From positions 1-64,000 of IMG/VR virus record IMGVR_UViG_3300042305_001986: DNA of 64,000 nt, one strand, 5' to 3'. Of this stretch, positions 38,173 to 48,393 are shown piece by piece. The notes beneath the pieces were generated by a model. The model did no database searches, was not told the origin of the DNA, and worked only from the letters and a program-made list of their open reading frames with translations. Every line of letters starts with the position of its first letter. Positions within the stretch are counted from its first letter, which is position 1. A program made the position numbers and the translations under genes. The DNA comes from a virus.

Positions 38173-39765
38173 ATGATTATGAGAAAACAAATTTTGCTGA
38201 CCCTGTCACTATTTATGGGTCTTTTGACAACTAATGCTCAAGAATGGACTTGGGATTATGTAAACTACAGAGGTGCCTTCCCTGTAACTGACAACACAAC
38301 AGCAACTGATTGGACTTATGGATGGACAAATTGGGATCCACAAAACACAGAATACCCAACCCCGTCTATGATCCTTTCTTCAGATATTACGGTAAATACA
38401 ACCATCGGAGGTGTTGTTGAACTCCAAAACAAAGTATATGTCAAGAATGGTGCGGTTTTGACAATTCAACCAGGAACAATTATCAGAGGAGACGCATCCA
38501 CACAAGCAACTTTGATTGTAACAAAAGGTTCAAAAATTATTGCACAAGGGACACAAGACCAACCCATCGTTTTTACATCCAATCAACCTGTGGGTGAGAG
38601 AGCTGAGGGTGATTGGGGAGGATTAGTTATTTTGGGTAATGCGATCAACAATCAACCTGGCGGTATTGCAAATATTGAAGGTATTCCAGCCTCTTTGGAT
38701 ACTGAATACGGTGGAACTGATGATAATGACAACTCAGGTATATTAGAATATGTTAGAGTAGAATTTTGTGGTATCGCTCTTGAACCAAACAAAGAAATCA
38801 ACGGAATTACCTTTGGTTCTGTAGGTTCAGGAACTTATGTGAATAATCTTCAAGTATCTTATTCAGGTGATGATTCATTTGAATGGTTCGGTGGAACTGT
38901 AAATTGCAAACACCTCATCGCTTATAGTGGTATTGATGATGATTTTGATACCGACTTTGGTTACAGAGGAAAAGTTCAATTTGTTTTGTCCATCAGAAAC
39001 AAATATATGTATGATGCAGTCGGTGACTCCAACGCATTTGAATCAGACAACGATGGTCAAGGATCTGCTAATGAACCCCTAACCTCACCTGTTTTTTCTA
39101 ATGTAACTTTGGTTGGGCCGTTTGGTGATGATATCACCGATGACCTTCCAAACGGAGAAACTTTTGAGAAGGCTTTTAGATTAAGAAGAAACACTTCAAC
39201 TTCTGTATTCAACTCTTTGGTTACAGGTTGGGAAAAAGGTGTTTCTATTGAGGGCACTTCAACCCAAGTCAATGTAACAAACGGAGATTTGGTTTTTGCT
39301 AACAATATTTTGGCAGATCTTCCTGTTGGTTCAAATTGTGTTTCAGGAACGGAAGATTTTTACAATTCATTCTTTGGTGTAAACAACAACGACTCAACAA
39401 CAACAATTGAACAAATTGATTGGGTTAATTTGTTTGTTGATTTGGGTTTGACTCCTGATGCTAGACTTAGCGAAAGCAATTCACCAGCTTTGGGAGCGGA
39501 TTTCACACATCCACTTTTATCTAACCCTGTTGTGATCGGTGTTGAAGATGAACCCACATCCAACTTCACAATTTACCCCAACCCAACATCTGACTTTTTG
39601 AATGTTGTTTCACCAAATAGAACTCCTATCTTCGTGATGAATCAGGTGGGTCAAAGAGTTTATGAGGATTATGCACCAACCACAATCAATCTTTCAAACT
39701 TTGAAGATGGAATTTATTTCATTCAAACATCCAACGATGTTCAGAAGTTTGTAATACAAAAGTAA
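38173..39765 (+). CDS. Secreted beta-helix-like protein with T9SS type A C-terminal sorting domain
   Basis: Signal peptide ending TTNA|Q; GDWGGLVILG, DNSGILEYVRVEF, GDDSFEWFGG, DDDFDTDFGY; CTD IYPNPTSDFLNV..GIYFI..KFVIQK. Confidence 0.9.
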   Translation: MIMRKQILLTLSLFMGLLTTNAQEWTWDYVNYRGAFPVTDNTTATDWTYGWTNWDPQNTEYPTPSMILSSDITVNTTIGGVVELQNKVYVKNGAVLTIQPGTIIRGDASTQATLIVTKGSKIIAQGTQDQPIVFTSNQPVGERAEGDWGGLVILGNAINNQPGGIANIEGIPASLDTEYGGTDDNDNSGILEYVRVEFCGIALEPNKEINGITFGSVGSGTYVNNLQVSYSGDDSFEWFGGTVNCKHLIAYSGIDDDFDTDFGYRGKVQFVLSIRNKYMYDAVGDSNAFESDNDGQGSANEPLTSPVFSNVTLVGPFGDDITDDLPNGETFEKAFRLRRNTSTSVFNSLVTGWEKGVSIEGTSTQVNVTNGDLVFANNILADLPVGSNCVSGTEDFYNSFFGVNNNDSTTTIEQIDWVNLFVDLGLTPDARLSESNSPALGADFTHPLLSNPVVIGVEDEPTSNFTIYPNPTSDFLNVVSPNRTPIFVMNQVGQRVYEDYAPTTINLSNFEDGIYFIQTSNDVQKFVIQK

Positions 39766-39766
39766 A

Positions 39767-42550
39767 ATGAAATACTTCAACTTATTTATATTTTTATTCT
39801 TACCTTTTTGTTTATTTTCACAATATAATTTATCTGGCACGGTCAACGACTCTCAATCACGGGAGTCGTTGATTGGTGCAACGGTATATATTGAGGAATT
39901 AGGTAAAGGAACGATGAGTGACCTTGATGGAAACTTCTCAATTCAAAATATTCCTTCAGGGGTTTATAATGTTAGATTCAGTTTTATCGGTTATGACACT
40001 TCGGTTCAAAGTATAAATATGGTTGGAAAAAGTGGGGTTGTTGATGTATCTCTCAACCCCGTCTTTTTGGAAATAGGTGAGGCTACAGTTGTTGCTCAAG
40101 CGAATCAACAATCAACAACACAGATGATTGCTTTACAAAAAAGATCAGCATCAGTTATTGATGGTGTTTCTTCGGAGGTTTTCAGTAAAACACCCGACGC
40201 TAAAGCATCCGATGTATTCAAAAGAGTGGGGGGTGTAACGATACAAGAAAATAAATTTGTGATTATCAGAGGTTTAAACGATAGATATAACTTCGCTTAT
40301 ATCAACGGAACTCCTCTTCCTTCAACCGAATCAGATAGAAGAGCATTTTCATTTGATTTGTTTCCTTCCAATATGATTGACAACTTGTATGTTAATAAAT
40401 CGTCTTCACCTGATCTCTCTGGTGAATTCTCAGGTGGTTTAATTAACATCAATACAACAGATCCGAAGGAAGTGACATATCAGAATTTTCAGATCGGAAC
40501 ATCATTCAATACGATGACCACCTTCCAAGACTTTGGAACTTACAGAGGGAGTCCGATGGATCCAATTGGGTTGGGATCGGAATTTAGATGTTTACCCGAC
40601 AATATTCCAAACACTTCTGAGTTTGTAAATTTATCCAAACAAGAAAGGTCCGAACTTGCATCGTTGATTCAAACCGATTGGTCAACATATTCAAGAAAAG
40701 CACCTGTATCTTCTACTTTTCAATATTCAGTAGGAAAAAATTATTCATTTGGAAGTAGAACCCTTCTTTTAAGTGGAGCTTATAATTATTCAAGTCAGTT
40801 CAATACTACCACTACAACAAGAAGAGATTTTGAAGAACAAAGTTTGGAAGTTGTTCAAAAGATGGAACTTAATGATTCAGTTTTTGTTCACAATATTGCA
40901 AACAGTGGTCTTCTTAATTTTTCTTTGTTATTAAATCCTAACAATACCATAAAATTAAAGAACTTTTACACCATAAATTCTGAAGATAGAGTCAATGTAA
41001 GACAAGGTGTAAGGGAAATGGATAATGACCCAAGACAATGGGAAAAATCCACAAATTTTTGGTACACACAAAATAACTTTTTATCACAACAGTTAATTGG
41101 AACTCACAACATCATAAATTCAAAGTTGAATTGGAATTTGAGTTACAACAATGTTAAAAGAGATATTCCAAACTTAAGAAGAATAGTTTATCGAAAATAT
41201 TCTTTGAATGAAGATGATTCAAATACACAATATACCGCAGTTATACAATCAAATGGAACTATTCCCACCGCTGCGGGAAATATGTTTTGGTCTTATTCAG
41301 ATGAAGATCTATATTCAGGAAAATTAGATTGGTCAAGAAATATAACACTCGGTTCATTTGAAAATGAAGTGAAGATAGGAGGGATATATCAACACAGAGA
41401 TAGAAATTTTATCTCCCGTAACTTAGGTTATTCACAATACAAACCACAAAACGGTTATTTTGATAGTTCATTACTTCTATTGGATCCAAGTCAGATTTTT
41501 TCACAAGAAAATATGGGACTATTGGATAATGGGATGGGTGGATTCAAATTAGATGAATCAACCAACGTGGATGATAGTTATAACGCAAACTCCACATTAG
41601 GGGTGGGATATACATCATTTGATACAAAATATAGATCATTCAGATTTATATATGGGTTAAGAGTTGAAAATTACAATCAAAACTTTTTCTACACAGAATT
41701 TGGTTCAAATAAACCAATTCATATCAATAGTAATATAACTGACTTCTTACCTTCATTTAATTTTGTTTATACAATAAATGACAAGACCCAACTCAGGTCG
41801 TCCCTATATTCAAGTGTTTCAAGACCTGAATTTAGAGAACTTGCACCCTTCACCTTCTACAACTTTATTCAAGATAATATTATAACAGGAAATCCATATT
41901 TGGAGAGAACCAAAATAAATAACCAAGAAGTAAGGTTTGAGTTTTATCCCGATCTAAATGATATTTTTTCTATTTCAATATTCAACAAAAACCTGACCAA
42001 TCCAATTGAATTGATTAATAGAACTGGTGTTTCAGGAGCACCAGAGATTTATTATTCAAATGTTCAAAGTGCGTTTATCAGAGGTATTGAATTTGAAGGT
42101 AAAATAAATCTGATTGACAATCTAAATCTTACATCCAATGTTTCATTGGTTCAATCTGAAGTTGATTTGAATGGATTTGAAGGATCTGAAAATGGAAGAC
42201 CACTACAAGGTCAATCACCTTATGTTTATAACTTCGGTTTGTTATATAACACACAAAATAATTGGAATATTTCCGCAAGTTACAATATGGTTGGTCCGAG
42301 AATCTTCATCGTCGGAAATATTCAAGAACCATCGGTTTGGGAAAATGGAAGAAATTTGATTGATCTTCAGGTTTCCAAAAAATTCGGAAATGTTGAAATG
42401 AAGTTTAATGTTAGAGATTTACTCTCACAAGATTTGGTAATGTTCCAAGATCTTAACGGTAATGAAAAATTGGATGAGGGGGACAACAGATGGCAAGAAA
42501 CAAGGATGGGGTCAAATGTCAACTTTAGTTTGAAATATAATTTCAACTGA
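39767..42550 (+). CDS. TonB-dependent outer-membrane receptor with N-terminal CarboxypepD_reg-like domain
   Basis: Signal peptide FS|Q; LSGTVND..LIGATV..DLDGNF..FSFIGY; plug IIRGLNDRYN..DLFPS; barrel RPEFRELAPF, GNPYL, GQSPY; C-terminal FSLKYNF. Confidence 0.95.
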   Translation: MKYFNLFIFLFLPFCLFSQYNLSGTVNDSQSRESLIGATVYIEELGKGTMSDLDGNFSIQNIPSGVYNVRFSFIGYDTSVQSINMVGKSGVVDVSLNPVFLEIGEATVVAQANQQSTTQMIALQKRSASVIDGVSSEVFSKTPDAKASDVFKRVGGVTIQENKFVIIRGLNDRYNFAYINGTPLPSTESDRRAFSFDLFPSNMIDNLYVNKSSSPDLSGEFSGGLININTTDPKEVTYQNFQIGTSFNTMTTFQDFGTYRGSPMDPIGLGSEFRCLPDNIPNTSEFVNLSKQERSELASLIQTDWSTYSRKAPVSSTFQYSVGKNYSFGSRTLLLSGAYNYSSQFNTTTTTRRDFEEQSLEVVQKMELNDSVFVHNIANSGLLNFSLLLNPNNTIKLKNFYTINSEDRVNVRQGVREMDNDPRQWEKSTNFWYTQNNFLSQQLIGTHNIINSKLNWNLSYNNVKRDIPNLRRIVYRKYSLNEDDSNTQYTAVIQSNGTIPTAAGNMFWSYSDEDLYSGKLDWSRNITLGSFENEVKIGGIYQHRDRNFISRNLGYSQYKPQNGYFDSSLLLLDPSQIFSQENMGLLDNGMGGFKLDESTNVDDSYNANSTLGVGYTSFDTKYRSFRFIYGLRVENYNQNFFYTEFGSNKPIHINSNITDFLPSFNFVYTINDKTQLRSSLYSSVSRPEFRELAPFTFYNFIQDNIITGNPYLERTKINNQEVRFEFYPDLNDIFSISIFNKNLTNPIELINRTGVSGAPEIYYSNVQSAFIRGIEFEGKINLIDNLNLTSNVSLVQSEVDLNGFEGSENGRPLQGQSPYVYNFGLLYNTQNNWNISASYNMVGPRIFIVGNIQEPSVWENGRNLIDLQVSKKFGNVEMKFNVRDLLSQDLVMFQDLNGNEKLDEGDNRWQETRMGSNVNFSLKYNFN

Positions 42551-42597
42551 TGTAAATATTACAGATTTTTGTGTATTTATTGACAAATCCCATAACA

Positions 42598-42774
42598 ATG
42601 AATTATCGGACCTATGAACTAATTAAGGAAGGAAAAGTTATTAACCAAACAGAGGCTCAATCTGCGGATTCAGCATTAGATTATTTTAATTTATTTCACG
42701 AAGATCTAATGTCTTCATCACACTACCAAATCAAATTTCGTAAATCTTCACAATCAAATCATTTGAACCTTTGA
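42598..42774 (+). CDS. Small hypothetical protein (58 aa)
   Basis: ATG 42598 (MNYRTY) follows TATTTAT at 42574-42580. Confidence 0.5.
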   Translation: MNYRTYELIKEGKVINQTEAQSADSALDYFNLFHEDLMSSSHYQIKFRKSSQSNHLNL

Positions 42775-43000
42775 TAATTCGGTGATAACTTTCTTTGGGG
42801 ATGTTCAATACATCCCCTTTTTTCATTTCTGTTGGTAGTTGATCTTCAAATTGAAAATACCACCCGTCAGACTCCAATATCTCCACGATACGGTCGTTTC
42901 TATCACGATGCCATACCAGTTCATCACTCTCAACATTTTCTTTGAAAACACGAGTGATTATACTGTCATTTACTTCTTCCTGATAAGGATTTACCACCAT
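42731..43000 (-). CDS. Small cupin-fold protein
   Basis: WHRD..KGDVLNIPKESYHRII; start placed at ATG 43000 overlapping the upstream stop. Confidence 0.65.
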   Translation of the reverse strand: MVVNPYQEEVNDSIITRVFKENVESDELVWHRDRNDRIVEILESDGWYFQFEDQLPTEMKKGDVLNIPKESYHRIIKGSNDLIVKIYEI

Positions 43001-43893
43001 GTTCCACCACCACTTAATCCTAAAGACTTTGCATATCTTGGTAAACGACAAGCCCAATAAGATGCAGTTGTTTTGTCTTTGGTTGTATGACACTTGTGTC
43101 TTGCAGCAAATGATCTCTTAGCCGCAGGATCTTTTAATTTAACGGCCAAAGATCCACCACCTCCGGCTGCACCAAAGGAAACTTTTTTTACATTACCCGT
43201 CTTTGGATCTTTTACATAAACCTTGAACTTTTTTCCACCACTACCACCTCTCATAGGTTTATTTAATTGAACCTTTTTTCCCTGATATTCAGCTTCATAC
43301 AACATCGGGACATCCAAAGGAACCAATTCCCCTTCATAAAGTTCAAACAATCCGATATCAGTATTTTTGATTAACCATCTGTCCACTTGATTGGTGAAGT
43401 TTTCATAACCTAAACTTCTTGCCTCTCTAAATAAAGAGAAATATTTGTCAGATCCCATCCTAAAAACATTTTCGTGAATTGAAATATTATTATCTATATG
43501 ATATTTCATTTCTTCACTCAAAACAATCTTATTTTCGTTGAGAGTTTTCCACTCAAAAATTGGCTTTTTATCCATAACTGATTCTTTTTTGTATCCTTTT
43601 ATTTGAATTCTTGTTGGTTTTTGTCCCTTCCCTGATTGAGGATCTTTCTTTTCTTTTGCTCTTTTTCTTGCACAAGCGGATTTCTTTTCTTCTTCACTCA
43701 TTTTGGAAGCCACAGATCTAGCCCTACATACAGGATAACCTTTTGTTTCACCCTCATCTCTTCCACAGGGGGGATGACCACCACCTTCCTTTTTTTTACA
43801 TATATTTACCCACGGACCTTGTGGTTGTTTTGATCCTTTAGATTTTTTCTTTTTACCAAACCAAACCGCTAAATCTTCTTTTAACTGAGACAT
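42991..43893 (-). CDS. Basic two-domain head-associated protein (C-terminal DUF6321-like)
   Basis: WF..WVNIC..PCGR..YPVC N-domain; KFKVYVKDPKTGNVKKVSFG..SFAARHKC..YWACR C-domain; TATTTAT at 43905-43911. Confidence 0.65.
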   Translation of the reverse strand: MSQLKEDLAVWFGKKKKSKGSKQPQGPWVNICKKKEGGGHPPCGRDEGETKGYPVCRARSVASKMSEEEKKSACARKRAKEKKDPQSGKGQKPTRIQIKGYKKESVMDKKPIFEWKTLNENKIVLSEEMKYHIDNNISIHENVFRMGSDKYFSLFREARSLGYENFTNQVDRWLIKNTDIGLFELYEGELVPLDVPMLYEAEYQGKKVQLNKPMRGGSGGKKFKVYVKDPKTGNVKKVSFGAAGGGGSLAVKLKDPAAKRSFAARHKCHTTKDKTTASYWACRLPRYAKSLGLSGGGTWW

Positions 43894-43936
43894 CTTTTTT
43901 ATTGATAAATATAACGAAAAATTGTATTTTTTACCT

Positions 43937-44161
43937 ATGGAAAATCAAGAAGAACAAAAACCACTCGGTATTTTATTCAATACTCTGAATTATTACACAA
44001 TTGATGATTTGAATAAGTTTATAGATAATCTTACTGTTGAACAATCCATGTTCTGTTTGATGTGGTGCTGTGAATACGCACAGGGGAAGGGTATTCTGAG
44101 TTTGGAAGAGGCTGAAATTATAAGTAAATCTATAAGAAAAATCAGAAATTCTGAGGAATAA
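43937..44161 (+). CDS. Hypothetical protein
   Basis: ATG at 43937 (MENQEE); ends at the bidirectional terminator. Confidence 0.6.
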   Translation: MENQEEQKPLGILFNTLNYYTIDDLNKFIDNLTVEQSMFCLMWCCEYAQGKGILSLEEAEIISKSIRKIRNSEE

Positions 44162-44188
44162 AAAAAGGGAACCGAAGTTCCCTTTTTC
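44161..44188. terminator. Bidirectional intrinsic terminator downstream of the major capsid gene
   Basis: AAAAAAGGGAAC-CGAA-GTTCCCTTTTT. Confidence 0.85.
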
Positions 44189-44205
44189 TTTGTGTTATGA
44201 ATTAA

Positions 44206-46059
44206 TTATCTCAATTCTCTAAGGTCAAATGTTCTAACACCATCAACTGTGATTCTACCATAGAATCTGTTGTTCACCATCTTCTTAGCGTATCTAGTCA
44301 TGATACCCTTGATTGGGGTGAAGTTGAATGGGTTATACATAGTTGGTGTCAACTGAAGTGGTACGTATGGTGCGTAAACGTAACCTGTGTCAAGTAATGA
44401 CGTTCCCTTGTGACCAATCAAGATTTGGTTTGGTGGGAAGTATGGGTCACGGTAAACCTGGTATCTACCAGACAATGTACCAACTCTTTCAATACCCATG
44501 TTGTATTGATCCTGTTCAGGAGCTGCGTTTGAAACGTGGAAGTATTCCAAGTCATCAAAAATAGCTGAAACTTCGGACGAAACAACGATCCAGTTAGCAC
44601 CACCTCTCAATGTTGATTTGTGGATTTGTGCAGAAAGTTGGTTGATCGCAGTGATCAATGTTTGGTTCCAATCCTTCTGTGTGTACTGTGTCAATGGGTT
44701 AGCGGTTGTACCTCTCTTCCAACCGTTGTAGTCCCATCTCAACTGCCACGCTGCACCTTTTCTCAAGTCTCTCAAGATTTCTCTATCGATTTCAGCTGCG
44801 ACTTGTTCTGACAACAACGCTGTCAATTCAGCCTCAGCGTCAATGTTGTGGAAAGCGGCAACGTCTTGAGCGAGTTCAGGTGACCATTGTGCTCTCAACT
44901 TTCTTTCGGTTACAGAAACGGTAACTGATTCAAGATCAAATGAAACTTCACCAATCTTATCTTCAAATTCCAATTCCTGATAAACTCTGAAAGTACATTC
45001 AAATTGAGATCCTGCGGTTGCAGTACCTGCAACGGTCAAAGTGAGACCCGAGTAACCATCCAATGATGCCGCTCCGATAGCACATGGTTGTTGTAGATCA
45101 ACTTCCAAGTAGATCAATCCTGTAGCGTCACAGAGGTTGTCGTACGCACCACCGTTTCCAGGGTAAGAACCACTGTAGAAGGTTGTTGATTGTTGTGATC
45201 CGTATTGAACAATACCCTTACCATACTTCTGAGTAACAACTCTGAAAAGAAGATCACCAGATCCCATACCTGAGAACGCACCTGTTGATTTTGCATTGAC
45301 TCTCAAGTCAGAAAGGAAAGATTCGTTGTCCATTTCTTGACCATCAGGTCCGATCAATTTACCAGCACCTGCTGAAGAGAAACCTGACATAACAATCAAA
45401 GCTTTTCTGTAAACAGGACCTCCGTCCGCACCTGTTGCAGCAACTTGTCCACCTGTCAAAGTGTAAGCCCCTGGTATTAATGTACCGTTAGACCAAACAA
45501 CAGTTGTTGCGTTTTTAGTGATCGCGGAGAACGCTCCTTTTGAATAATCAAAAAGACCAGGAGGATCTAAAGCTGCCTCATTACCTTCGTAGAATCTATC
45601 GTAAAGGTTTTTTTGGTTGTTATTGTAACCAGCACTTGATTCTGCTTGAGTTGGTCCGTCAACAGCACCGATAGGTCCGTAGTGAATACCACCTCCATCA
45701 GCATTAGTTCCACCAACCTCATAAGCCTGAATCTTAGGTACGAAGTAGAAAAGTTTACCGATTGGTAAGTTCATCGCCTGAACAGAAACGATATCATTAG
45801 CCAAAAGTTTTGAGAAAACTCTTCTGATGATAGGGAATACAACAGTTTCGAATGAACCTGAAGAATCTGTTGATGCCGCTTCGTTAATTAAGTGAGATGC
45901 TTGGTTCTCATAAAGTTGAGCCATGTTTTCTTTTAGGTGTCCGCCCAATCCTTCCAAGAAACCAAGTTTGTCCCATTTGTTTATAGTGTCTTCTTTGATA
46001 ACTTTAAGGTGCTTAAGACCAATGTTACCAACTAAACCACTTTCTAATAATGCTCCCAT
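44206..46059 (-). CDS. gp23: Major capsid protein (T4 gp23-like)
   Basis: IVSVQAMNLP, RKLRAQWSPELAQD..HNIDAEAEL..EIDREIL, YAPYVPL, GIMTRYA. Confidence 0.97.
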   Translation of the reverse strand: MGALLESGLVGNIGLKHLKVIKEDTINKWDKLGFLEGLGGHLKENMAQLYENQASHLINEAASTDSSGSFETVVFPIIRRVFSKLLANDIVSVQAMNLPIGKLFYFVPKIQAYEVGGTNADGGGIHYGPIGAVDGPTQAESSAGYNNNQKNLYDRFYEGNEAALDPPGLFDYSKGAFSAITKNATTVVWSNGTLIPGAYTLTGGQVAATGADGGPVYRKALIVMSGFSSAGAGKLIGPDGQEMDNESFLSDLRVNAKSTGAFSGMGSGDLLFRVVTQKYGKGIVQYGSQQSTTFYSGSYPGNGGAYDNLCDATGLIYLEVDLQQPCAIGAASLDGYSGLTLTVAGTATAGSQFECTFRVYQELEFEDKIGEVSFDLESVTVSVTERKLRAQWSPELAQDVAAFHNIDAEAELTALLSEQVAAEIDREILRDLRKGAAWQLRWDYNGWKRGTTANPLTQYTQKDWNQTLITAINQLSAQIHKSTLRGGANWIVVSSEVSAIFDDLEYFHVSNAAPEQDQYNMGIERVGTLSGRYQVYRDPYFPPNQILIGHKGTSLLDTGYVYAPYVPLQLTPTMYNPFNFTPIKGIMTRYAKKMVNNRFYGRITVDGVRTFDLRELR

Positions 46060-46079
46060 GTTAAATTTTTTTGTTTAGT

Positions 46080-47327
46080 TTATTTGTTTATTTTACTCAT
46101 CAAATCTTTCATTCTCAAGAACTGAGCGTTCTCGTATGTTTTAGATTCAACTAAGTTTGTTGAACCTTTTTGTGGTGTTTTTTGAACTTTGTTTACCACA
46201 GATTCGGTTACAACATTTGTAGAGGAAACCAATTCATTCTTAATTGACTTATAGAGATTTTTTGATTCCTTTAATGTCTCTACGTTGTCAAATCTTTTAA
46301 GAATATTGATCTTCTCCTGTTTGGTTGTAGAATGTTCAGTGAACAATCTGGTAGCGTAAGCTAAATTCGAGTTGAAAATCGCAACCTCGTTCAATTTAGT
46401 TCTGAAAAGATCGAGAGCCTTTTTGTACTCTTCATTCTTTTCTTTGAGTTGACTTATTTGTTTCTTATAAGATTCTACCTCTAAATGACGAGGTGCTGCT
46501 TTTGGTTTTGGTAAACCTTTTCTTCCAAAAGCTCTTCCATTACCCAAGGTTCTAGCTGCTTCCTTGGCTTCTTCTTTGTGTGCCTCACCTTCGTGAGCCT
46601 CTTCGTATGTTTCTTCTAACTCAACTTCTTCCTCTTCTTCTTCGTCTTCTTCTTCGTCAAATTCAATTTCGTACATCACTTCTTCTTCATCCATGTCTTC
46701 CATTTCAGAAACTTCCATGTCCTCCATTTCAGAAACATCCATTTCTTCTTCAGATTCATCCATGTCTTCCATTTCGTCAAGGTCCATCATTTCTTCCAAT
46801 TCGTGATCTTCACCTTCCAATTGAATTTCATATTCTACATCTGCATTTTCATCTTTCAAGTGAATTTCGTCATCTTCCTTTTGGACGATAACTCCATCTT
46901 GGTCACCCATCAATTTGAAAACCTTTACGAGTTCTTCATCACTCATGTTTGTGATGTCGATTAAATCTTCGTCTTCCATTTCATCTTCAAAATCCATTTC
47001 GAGTTCTTCGTCATCCATAGATTCCAAATCCTCGTCTCCGAATTCTGCAGGAAGGTCAACGTCCATTTCCTCTTCATCATCAAGGTCGAGTTCAACTTCT
47101 TCTTCTCCCTCATCCCCCATCTCGGTGTCGAGTTCAAGATCAAGTTCATCTTCCTCTTCCTGTTCTTTAACCTCTTCAGTGTCACCACCTAAAGATTCTT
47201 TTACTAAAGACTTGATTTCTTCCTTCATAACTGAAGCAAGTATTCCTTTTGTGTTTTTTGCAATAGACTCTTCTAAGTTCTTCAACTGTAAGAGTGTATC
47301 GTCTAATAGAATTTCTTTTTTGTTCAT
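46080..47327 (-). CDS. Prohead core/scaffolding protein
   Basis: Very acidic centre and coiled-coil C-terminus, between protease and capsid genes. Confidence 0.8.
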   Translation of the reverse strand: MNKKEILLDDTLLQLKNLEESIAKNTKGILASVMKEEIKSLVKESLGGDTEEVKEQEEEDELDLELDTEMGDEGEEEVELDLDDEEEMDVDLPAEFGDEDLESMDDEELEMDFEDEMEDEDLIDITNMSDEELVKVFKLMGDQDGVIVQKEDDEIHLKDENADVEYEIQLEGEDHELEEMMDLDEMEDMDESEEEMDVSEMEDMEVSEMEDMDEEEVMYEIEFDEEEDEEEEEEVELEETYEEAHEGEAHKEEAKEAARTLGNGRAFGRKGLPKPKAAPRHLEVESYKKQISQLKEKNEEYKKALDLFRTKLNEVAIFNSNLAYATRLFTEHSTTKQEKINILKRFDNVETLKESKNLYKSIKNELVSSTNVVTESVVNKVQKTPQKGSTNLVESKTYENAQFLRMKDLMSKINK

Positions 47328-47414
47328 TTTCTATTTAAGTAGATTTATTTTTCTTAATAAATATACCTATCTATAGAAAAATTTAATTTTTTTTGTATAT
47401 TGATAAAATTAAAT

Positions 47415-47446
47415 AAAAAAAGGGGTCATTTGACCCCTCTTTTATT
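47415..47446 (-). terminator. Intrinsic terminator
   Basis: AGGGGTCA-TT-TGACCCCT flanked by A and T runs, after 47442..47654. Confidence 0.75.
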
Positions 47447-47654
47447 TTTCAATTACTTCGTTGATTTTACTTTCAATTACACTTGTGATTCTCCAATCTT
47501 CAGTGTACCTTTCAAAAATCTTTGTAACTTTTGCTTCAACATCGGTTACACTAAAACCCCTCACCAATTTCTCTTCTCTTGTTTTTTTGGTTTTACCAGT
47601 TTGAATATCTACTGTTTCAAATTGGATTTTTGCAATGAAATATTTTTCGTCCAT
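47442..47654 (-). CDS. DUF4494-like protein
   Basis: YFIAKIQFE..GKTKKTREEKLV..SVTDVEAKV..ITSVIESKINEV. Confidence 0.7.
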   Translation of the reverse strand: MDEKYFIAKIQFETVDIQTGKTKKTREEKLVRGFSVTDVEAKVTKIFERYTEDWRITSVIESKINEVIEK

Positions 47655-47664
47655 AATTAATTAT

Positions 47665-48393
47665 TTATCTTCCTAAAAAATCGGAAAGTTTGTTCATTAA
47701 ATCAAGAGACTTACCCAATCCTTTTTCAGATTCTGGTTTTCTTAAATTTCTTTCTTCTTCTATGTTTTCCTCAAAGTTGAATTTATCTTCAGGTTTGTCA
47801 AAAAGATATGCTCCTGGTGTGGATGGTGAACTAACTAAATCAAAACAGATTAACTCAAAGTCGTCTTGTACTTCATTTTGTTCTCCCTTCTTTTTTAAAG
47901 TCCCCACCCCTCTTGAAGATATACCCATCGTACATCCTTGTCTCATAAGGTTTGCTGCGATGTCACCAGGTGTAGAAACAATACCTGTTTCGTGAAACGC
48001 TGGTGAGGTTAGAAGTCTTAATTTACCCATCAAGGTATTTCCGTCCCACCATACATCATCAATAATGTGTGAAACTCTTTCCAAATCTACAATAGATGAT
48101 TCGGGGTGATTCAATTCTGAAAGGGAAGTTCCCTTTTGAATCATTCTCTTATAATTTTCTGCTTCTCTTTTTAATATTTTTTCGGGATATAATCTTCCGT
48201 TTCTATTTGGAGTATCAAACTTTTGAAGAACAGCATAGAATATAAATGGTCTGGAATGATCTCTCATTGACTTGGATTCCATGATAACCTTTTCGTTTTC
48301 AGGATGATTTGGTGAGATATATCCCGCGTCATGCTCTACCAAAATACCTTTACCGGTTTCGTGAGCCTCAAGTACTCTTAGTTGTTCTTTCAT
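47665..48393 (-). CDS. gp21: Prohead core protease (T4 gp21-like)
   Basis: NRNGRLYP, ELNHP, VSHII, GISSRGVG, FDLVSSPSTPGA. Confidence 0.95.
   Translation of the reverse strand: MKEQLRVLEAHETGKGILVEHDAGYISPNHPENEKVIMESKSMRDHSRPFIFYAVLQKFDTPNRNGRLYPEKILKREAENYKRMIQKGTSLSELNHPESSIVDLERVSHIIDDVWWDGNTLMGKLRLLTSPAFHETGIVSTPGDIAANLMRQGCTMGISSRGVGTLKKKGEQNEVQDDFELICFDLVSSPSTPGAYLFDKPEDKFNFEENIEEERNLRKPESEKGLGKSLDLMNKLSDFLGR

Noticed and set aside
46580-47376. Ser-rich and Leu/Pro-rich plus-strand ORFs
   Set aside because: Antisense shadows of the Glu/Asp-rich scaffold gene.
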